This document shows, piece after piece, positions 8,703-17,700 of a stretch of DNA of 64,000 nucleotides. Origin of the DNA: an uncultured virus (IMG/VR IMGVR_UViG_3300034120_003123). Its lineage: Duplodnaviria; Heunggongvirae; Uroviricota; Caudoviricetes. The position numbers and the translations under genes were made by a program. How positions within the stretch are numbered: position 1 is the first letter of the stretch; every line of letters begins with the position of its first letter. Location of the stretch: IMG/VR virus record IMGVR_UViG_3300034120_003123, one strand, 5' to 3'. A model generated the notes under the pieces. The model did no database searches. It was not told the origin of the DNA and was given only the letters and a program-made list of their open reading frames with translations.

Positions 8703-11700
8703 CTACAGCGGAGGACCACTTGGCCTGGTCCAAGTCGCTATTTCACTTTTTACAGAAGCGCCATATGCAACATTGTCAAATGGTATTACTTCTAAATAGA
8801 TCTGCGTACCCTCATCGTAATAATCACTTGGTATAAAGAAGTTAAGTGGATCTGTAATTCTTGTCTCTAAGGTAAATACATCTTCTGCTGGAGTTTTCTT
8901 ATAAAGCCTTATGGTGCTGTTATCCGATTGTCCTGGCTCATTTTGATAAACATCTTCATCTTCAAACATGTAAGTAAATCTCCAATAAGATATAACAGTA
9001 CCAGCATCTACTATTTTTTCCAATACAACGCTTGATGCTCTTGGAACAAGATTGGTGATTGTTACTGTATTACTTCTGATAGTTATGTCATTTAAAATAC
9101 CAGGAGCTGCATTTCTTGGGATAAACAAATCTGCATAAATCTGATGTCCAATTTTAACAGCTTCAAAATTAAAAATATTTATATCAGATGGGCCTATTGA
9201 ATACATGCCAGATTGGACATCCGATATTTTACCTGATTTAAATGTAATGATATTACCAGCATTGTCCACCACATACCACGTGACCACCGCAAGATTAAAT
9301 GCTGCTGGAGAAAAAAGATCAAAGTCTAAAAACAATCTTGTTCTATTAGTGAATTCATTAGCAAGTTGACCAAAATTAGCAGGATCAGCAGCATTTCCTC
9401 CACCCCCCAAAACTCCTCCCGTAGTAAGTTTAATATCTGCAGCACTTGCGTATCTAGATCTAATTGTTATAGAAGATGGAGAAACTGGATAATCTGAAAC
9501 CGTTACAGTAGGACTTCTGAAAGCGTTACTTAATTGCACTCCATCATGCACCTGAACTGTAAAATAAATCTGATCTCCTGGCTCAAATATTCTTTCATTA
9601 GCAAAACTTGCAAGCAATTCTGCAGTTACCCCAGGAGACATTGCTTCTATTTCTGCATAATTAGAAGTATAATAGAATGAGTATGTTACATCCTCGCTAT
9701 CATGCAAGTCATTATATGATAAAATATTCATTAACTCTGGAATCTCTACGCCATTTTTATACCATTTTATCACTCTTTTATCTACATCTTCAACATCACC
9801 ATCTTGATCCAGATATCTATAAGAAACATATACATTAGTGTACGGGTACACTATCAGTGGATTAATTCGCACATTAACGGCGATTGGTGGCTGATTGACA
9901 TTAACTGGAGTAAGATTTTCGTTTACTGTTAGCATGTAACCTATACTACTTATAGATATATTACCAGGTTTTGTACCAAAAGATGCTTTTACTCCAATTT
10001 TTAAGCTTTTTTCTTCATCTACAGTAACGTAAAGCTTTTCTCCGTACATAGAATATTGCATTCTAATTAAACCCAAATCTCTATCTACAGCATATTCTGA
10101 CTCATTTAGTAAATCTCCATTGTCTTTATAGATGGCAATCACTGCATTTTTATGCACAGAACCGTGAGGCAATTCAAAAACAAACGGACTAATTTGAGCT
10201 AGCTCTTCACGTATAACATTAAATTTATCTTTATACCTTATTGGTATAATTACTTTGCCAGAACCCATGGCTACATTTTGAGCATCACGAGAGTAATCTT
10301 TCCAGTCACCACTATCAGAAGTAGAAACACCAGCAGATATCTCAGAATCAGATGGACCCTCCCAATTAACAAATATAATAATTTGTTGTGGAGCGGATGA
10401 TAGACTGATTTTATCCAAATATATGTAATTATCATCTGCTGCAGAAATATTTAAATTAATACCTCTTATTTTTGATAAATCATATTTACTAATTTTTATA
10501 GATTCACTATATGGATCATATGGGTCTGCTGAGAAATATTCATCTATCTTATCAAAATCTATTATGCCTTCAAAGTCTATTTTTAAATATTTAGATTTTA
10601 CATTAACCTGACATGCGGTACCAGCGTCAAATTCTTCTGGAATATAAGTATAATTTTCACCATCATTTGAATAAGCAATTTTATAAGATATAAAATCTGC
10701 TTTTCCAATTTCTATATTTGGATTTACAGAATTTATAATTATTTGTTCTTCAAAATCAAGAGTTAAAGACAATTTGCCTGCACCAGCTGAGCCAGCTGAG
10801 CCAGTAAATGCAAATTCAGAAGCCTCATCAAGTAAACTAGATGACAATAGGGCAAAATTAGAACCACCTGTCTGTTTCACAACTTCACCAACTCCAGACA
10901 TGTTTGCCCTTGAAGCTTGAGCACTAACAGTAACTGGATAGAAAGTACTGATATTAAATGAATTTATTTTTACTTTTCTTGAACCGTCAATAGCATTAAC
11001 ATTTTCAATAACTTGCAGTGGAGAAATTCCACTAGTATTCTCATCATTGTCACTTAGAATGAGAATATTTTTTATTATTTGATCTGAGTCAAAAGTTGAC
11101 TTTATTAATCTTGCCGCATCATTTATGCCATCAAAAATAGGAGAAGAGCCAAATGGAATACTTTGTTTAATTTTTCTGACTTTCATTTTAAGATCATAAG
11201 AAGCAGTTAACCCAGTAAATAAATCAGTGTTTATTTCTGGAATCCAATCAATATCAGAATAGTATTGAACTATTGGACTATCTCCCTCTCTTAGAGATGA
11301 AGCATTTTCTCCTGAAAAAATTGAACTAGCAGGAATTGATAGAGTCTCAAATGGAATGTCTTCTATTATTAATTCATTTGAGCCAGCAGGAGGTAGCTCA
11401 AAAGGAGGGATATCTGGATTGTATGGCTCTACAAAATTACTTCCATCAGAGTATTCAGAATAAGGATCGTAAACATTATTTGATGAACTGCTAGAAGAAT
11501 TAAAATTACTTGAACTCGAAGAACTAGAAGTACTTGGCAATAATATATTTCCTAAACCAATTATGGTAACGCAAGTTGTATTGTCAGATCCTGTGCATTC
11601 AAAATTTGCTGCAGAGCATGCATCATTTCCGCCTGTAGATTCAACACAAGATGGGCACTTAAAAGGACAAGAAGATATTGAGTTTACAGTATCTATGGCG

Positions 11701-14700
11701 ACCTGTAAAGCCTGACTATTATAGCCGCCATTTGCTAGTAAAAATCTAAAATAAGTATTATAGAAATCTCTTAGCACAGAAGACCACGGAGTACTAAGAT
11801 TTGCGATAGTATTTTCCGTAACATATTCAAATATATTAAAAGATACAACTTCTCCAGAATTTTGATTACTACTTGAACTGCTACTTGAATTATTTCCAGA
11901 GCTACTACTGCTACTGCTGCTTGTGCCTTGATTTTGTATTATTGCAATTGGTATAGTAAATCTTATCCTATAAGCACCAACTTTATTGACTTCTGCACTA
12001 TCTGCTCCCGCATATGAAGAAATTTGGAAATAATAAGTTACATCCTTTAGTAATTCTATGTTTGCGGTTCTCCCATCACTAGAATAGCCAAAATTATCAA
12101 ATCTAATTTCGTTAGATGCCGTACCGTTAATTGGATAAGGAAATTGAGACTCGTTGAATACAGACACCATTGGCAAAAGTTGAGAAAAACCTCTTTGCTC
12201 TATTGTTATAGTATACACCCCAGATTTTGGTGGAATAAAAGCAAACAAATCTACGTCACCTACTGGACCTATAACGCCTATTGCACTGCATGTTAAAACA
12301 GGGCCATAGTCTGCTATTGGTAAAGGAGAAGAGGAACTAGCATAAGCTGGCAGCATTGGAGGCATTACTGTTGCGCTACCAAAGTCTCCGGCATCAGCGA
12401 TTACATCAGTGACCTCATTTTCTGGTAAGAAAACTTCTTGTTGTACTTCCTGATCTTCAGTAGATACATAAGAAGTCTTTCCAAAATAGAAATCATCAAT
12501 CACTCTACCAACTATACTAATTCTATAAGGAAATCTAACGCTTCCTTGCCTAAGCTGTAATTCGGAAGCAGTACCTAAAACTGCTTGGTCAGCAGACAAA
12601 TCTGCGTTTAATATTTCCTGTATTTCTGTGAGACTCTTTAGCACATCTTCGCTTCTTCCCTCAAGTCGCGAATATCCAATCCCATTAGAAAGATTTACCC
12701 TGTATGGATTTAAGACTATTGGATATACTCTAGTACCTTTTCTTTTTCTTCTTCTGTTTAATGTTGGAGCTCTCTGCATCCCACCTATTGATGCTCCACC
12801 TTCTAATTCGTCATCTCCAGTTCCATAAGCTAATAAACCAGAAATTTCTACTTCTAAATTTCCTACTACATAATCTCCCTCGTCATCATATGCACTAATT
12901 TTTAAATCTACTCCAGAAAAACCATCAAGCCTCACAGTAGCATTTGCTGGCTCTATGCTACTAAATCTTTCTGTATTAATTTGCTCGGTTTGTTCTCCAT
13001 AAGCCTCGATCTCTAATCTTACAAATCCTGGAGATTGATTTGTAGTAGTTCCGCCTGTAATATATATCAACCGACTGCCGTCATTAGTACATCCAGTATT
13101 GCTAAATCCAAAAGGTGATTTTACTAAATTTTCTACTATATAAGCTTCGTCTACTTCCGATATTCTTTCTGCAGTTCTAGTGGCATTAGTTCCAAGACTT
13201 TCATTTTGAGCAAATACTCTGCCGCCAAACAGGTATACGCCCTCTCCATAAATATGAGCAAAAGAAACTTGGTCTCTTGCTTTTGGCAAGTTACCAAAAA
13301 GATAATCAGATCTATATATATTTTCTATAGATATGGCTCCATATACTATATCTTCTAAAGGAATTCCAAAAGAATTTTGCAAAGCAAAACTTCTATTTTT
13401 TTCTATTATAAATTCTTCATCTCCAACTTCTGCATTTACGTTTTCAATAATAGAAGAAGACCCGCCATATATGTGAACAGAGTCATTCTCTTCCCACACA
13501 ATTGGATATAATCTACAGAATTCAGATGCAAGGCTAGATGGAATATTTGCACTTACACTCCAAGTGTTTGTGCCTATGTCGTATACCATTATTTTATCAT
13601 TATATTTTTCTACATTTAATTTATCATCAACTTTTCTTGCACCATTAATAATAATAATTTTATTGTTTTTAATAAATGCTTTTCCAAGAGCACAGCCATA
13701 TTGCTCAAAATTGACATCATCATTACCTATCCTGTCAGTCAATGTATTTTCAGCAGCGATATCTAATTGATTGCCATTTAAGTCAAATACTGGCATCGGA
13801 GCCATAGAAAGCCATGTATTAGTTATTGTATCGTACCTTTCAAATCTTCTGCTTACATAAGGAACTCTCGACTGAACCGCTTGACCACTTGGAGAAATCG
13901 ATCCTTTCAATTTTGTTTCAAAACCACCTATTAAATAAATAAATCTATCGTCTGCACATGAAAGACACCCGAATCGCTTGGACAGACACTTTCTTGCAGT
14001 GGTCCACCTGTTTTCTGAAGGATTCCATCTTTCGCATGTGTCTGTTACTAAAACAGTAGCATCTGCGTTTGTGTCGCTACTTGTAAATCCGACTAGCCCT
14101 CCGATAGAATAAAGATTTCCAGACACAAATTCAGAGACATGCATAGCTCGCCTAAGGTTCATATTGGCAATTTTACGCCACTTGTAGCTTGCATCAGAAA
14201 CTAATAAATCATATATATAACACTCATTACTAAAAGCAGTATTTATCAAAAGTCTAGAAGTAGCATTTTCTAATTCTGCAAATATTTCAGGAAATGGCAA
14301 CAAAGATGTAGCGGGATTTGATCCAGGAGGACTGCCAGAAGTTCCGCCCCCAATAGAACCAAAGTTATTAGACTGGCCATTTCCACCCGCAGACCCACCT
14401 CCAGAAGGCAATCCAGAGCCAAATTGTCCATTTCCAGGATCATTTCCAGTGTTTACTGCGCCAGAGCCTGTGTTTGGCAAATTGCTAGAAGTAACTGCCA
14501 AACTATTAGCCCCAGTGTAAACAAAATCTATCCCAGCCACCCTTTGCCTAAATACTTGTCCATTTTTATCATAATTTATTTCAGCAAACAATGATCCGAA
14601 GATTGGGTTAACTGGAGATATAGGAGATATTTTCATAGATACCATGCTTATGGATGAAGTTTCCAACTCTCCATTCGGACCATAGCTCCATGGACCTATC

Positions 14701-17700
14701 TCTTCTTTAGTAAAAGTATAACCAACATTTGAATTTAATACTAGCTCATTACTGCCACACTTATAAAACTTTACTTCTGTGCCATCTGGTACTGGAAGTC
14801 CTGCAAATTTGATAGCAAATATAAATTCATAGACACTATTTCCATCAACCTCTATCACTTCGCCATTAACTTTCTGTCCATTTTTAAGTATGTATGCAAA
14901 TTGCAAATAAAGAGGTTCAATAAATTTAAGCATTTTAGGTGGGTTGCCGGAGGCAATTCCGCCATCACTAAATATTGATTTTTCCATTCCGTTTATGATT
15001 ACAGAGGTAGAGGCAGAGATTGTAACATTATGATATACTGAACTTGCAAAACCAGAATTTATAAAATTACAAAAAACTGGTGTTAACGGACCTGGATCTG
15101 CCTCTAGCTTAGTGTAATACTTCCACTTTAATGGGATAAAAGTATTTGCCCTGACTACTATATCTGCACGATTAGACTCTCTAACTTCGGTTAGAGTAGA
15201 ATCAAGACCTATTTCATTTGATGATGCCAATAGTTTTCCGTTACTACCAACATAATAATTTAAACTTGATCCATGAAGTATTTCTATCTTCCCACGTATA
15301 TAAGAAGACAATCCAGAACCCTGACAATCCGGTAATTTATTTGCCTTAATCTCAATAATCTGATTGGTTGGCAAGGTTGTTAAGTAAGCATTTTCTACAC
15401 CGCCATTAGTGCCATCAGCATTGTAACATTTACAAAATGCTTTTATGTCTTCTATTCTTATGTCTGAATCGCTTCCAAGAAGAAGTCTTGGATCTTTGAT
15501 TATTTCTAAAACTGCAAAATCTTCTCCGTCTGCATACACTGATTGAACATAACTTACATTTTTGCCAAATGATTTGCCAGCAAAGTAAAAAGAAGTTTGA
15601 CTAATAGCTGGTAAAACTTGATCTGCATTTACAGTAACAGGGTATATACAAGCTGCTTGAGATGCAGAGGCTGTAGCTCCTCCATATGAAACTGTAGCTG
15701 TAATAACATATTCTTCTGGAATAAGCAACACATTACCGCTGTCTACTTCAATGATACTAGAATTTATATTTGCCGCTGGACCAAAAACAACATTTTGAGA
15801 TATACCATCTATAGTTTTGTCAACAGCATTTCCAGAAACACTTCTTTGAGAAGTTGAATAAAAAGGTCTATCTATTGCATTTCTCATTTTTGTTAAACGC
15901 CACAAAACTTGAGTGCCATCTGGAACAGGTTTTGCAAAATTTTCTATGGATATATTTCCATTAAAATTTTCATTCATAGAAATCCTAAATTTATTTGGAT
16001 CAACTATATATGCGTAAGCGTATTGAGTTGCAACGTCCTCTCCATCAGGATTAGGAGCAGATGCATTTATTTTTACATATAAAGTAGGAATAAATGCCAC
16101 ATAAAAACCAAGAGTTCTATAGAACAATCCGACTCTTACAGTCGCAAAAACTCTGCCAAATGATCTTGATCCTGGAACTCTTATTTCACCAATTCCAAAT
16201 GACTCTTTACCAGATGGGGTATCTTCAAATAAAATCTGTCCTGATATGGGACTTATGGTTGTACTAAACGGATAGGAATTTCTTACAATAAGACCTTCAT
16301 TACTTAATCCTGCCTGAGAAGCAGGAGTTCCTAATTCTGGATTGGCGCCAACAATTCCAGAAAAACCGCCACGCAAAAGCAAAGCAGGACCATCAATAGT
16401 ATTTGCAAAAGAAGGCTCGGAATCCTCAAATATATCTATATTTGCCGTAGAACCAACTGGCAATGGTGAATTTTTATATGATGCATTAACAGCAAAAGTA
16501 TACGGTAAAGATCTGCCATTGTAAGCACCATAAACCAAAGATTCTCCACCTATGTCAGTGTTTCCACCATTATATACATAATCGCATATAGCTGGACCAG
16601 ATGCGTTGGGACCAGAGATAGAGTATGATTGTGGACTATAGAAAACTGCGTCGTTAACTATTAAATCAAATTTTAAAGGATGCTTTAAATATATCCTAAT
16701 AGGTTGAGTAGAAAATGAAAATATAGGATCTTGACCAACATTATTATTTCTTACAAACACCATTGAAACTTCGGTATAGACTGCATCAGCCCAATTCCTA
16801 TCAGAAAGAGAAGCATTATTTGTGTTAACAGTTATTCTTGTCCAGCCATTACTTAAATTGCTCACATTATAGGAAACAAGTTCAGAAAAACTGATATTTT
16901 CTACTACAGGAGATCCATTTTCTGTATCAAATAAACCAACAATTGATGCTGGCTTTATGTCATCTCCACCAGATATACTGGTAAAAACTATTCCATTTAA
17001 AAAATCATTAAATCTAAATTTGATTTGAAAATCACCTTGCTCATCTATTCTTCTTCCATAAATATCTGTCACCCTAAAATAAAGAACAACATTATCATCT
17101 AGCCATCCATTAATATCAAAAAACCTTGAAGCAGATACTGGATTAATCCATCTTAAAGATATAGTGTTGTAATCAACTCCATAAGCACGATGTGCAATTA
17201 TATTTTCTGGAGGTATCCCGGAGTCATTGTTTTCCTCATTCGGAGTTCCGTTGACAAAAACAGGACTTGACATCCTTCCATATTGATCTCTTGATACTAT
17301 TGCATAATAAGCTGTTTTGCCATTATCTAAATCATCCTCAGATTCCGCTATTGCTGCAGTCAAAGTGCTTTGGAATGAGCCTGGTGCTGCACTTTTTCTT
17401 TGAGAGTCTCTTACTCTTCCATAGAAATGAGTAAAACTATTTTGCTCTTTAATACCAGCAAACACTGGATATTTTTGAGGATAATTATCACTGCGATCTA
17501 AGAAATCTTCTTCAATAGGCTCGTCAGAATAATATATTATTACAGACTCTATATTGCTATTTTGCGGAACATCCCATTTCAATCTTATTTTTCTATTGCC
17601 AGTAATGACAGAGATATTTTCTACTGCACCCACTCCATTATTTGGCAAAGAAGAGTCTTCGTAAGATGCTGGAGTATATTCTAATAAGCCACTGTCGTCT

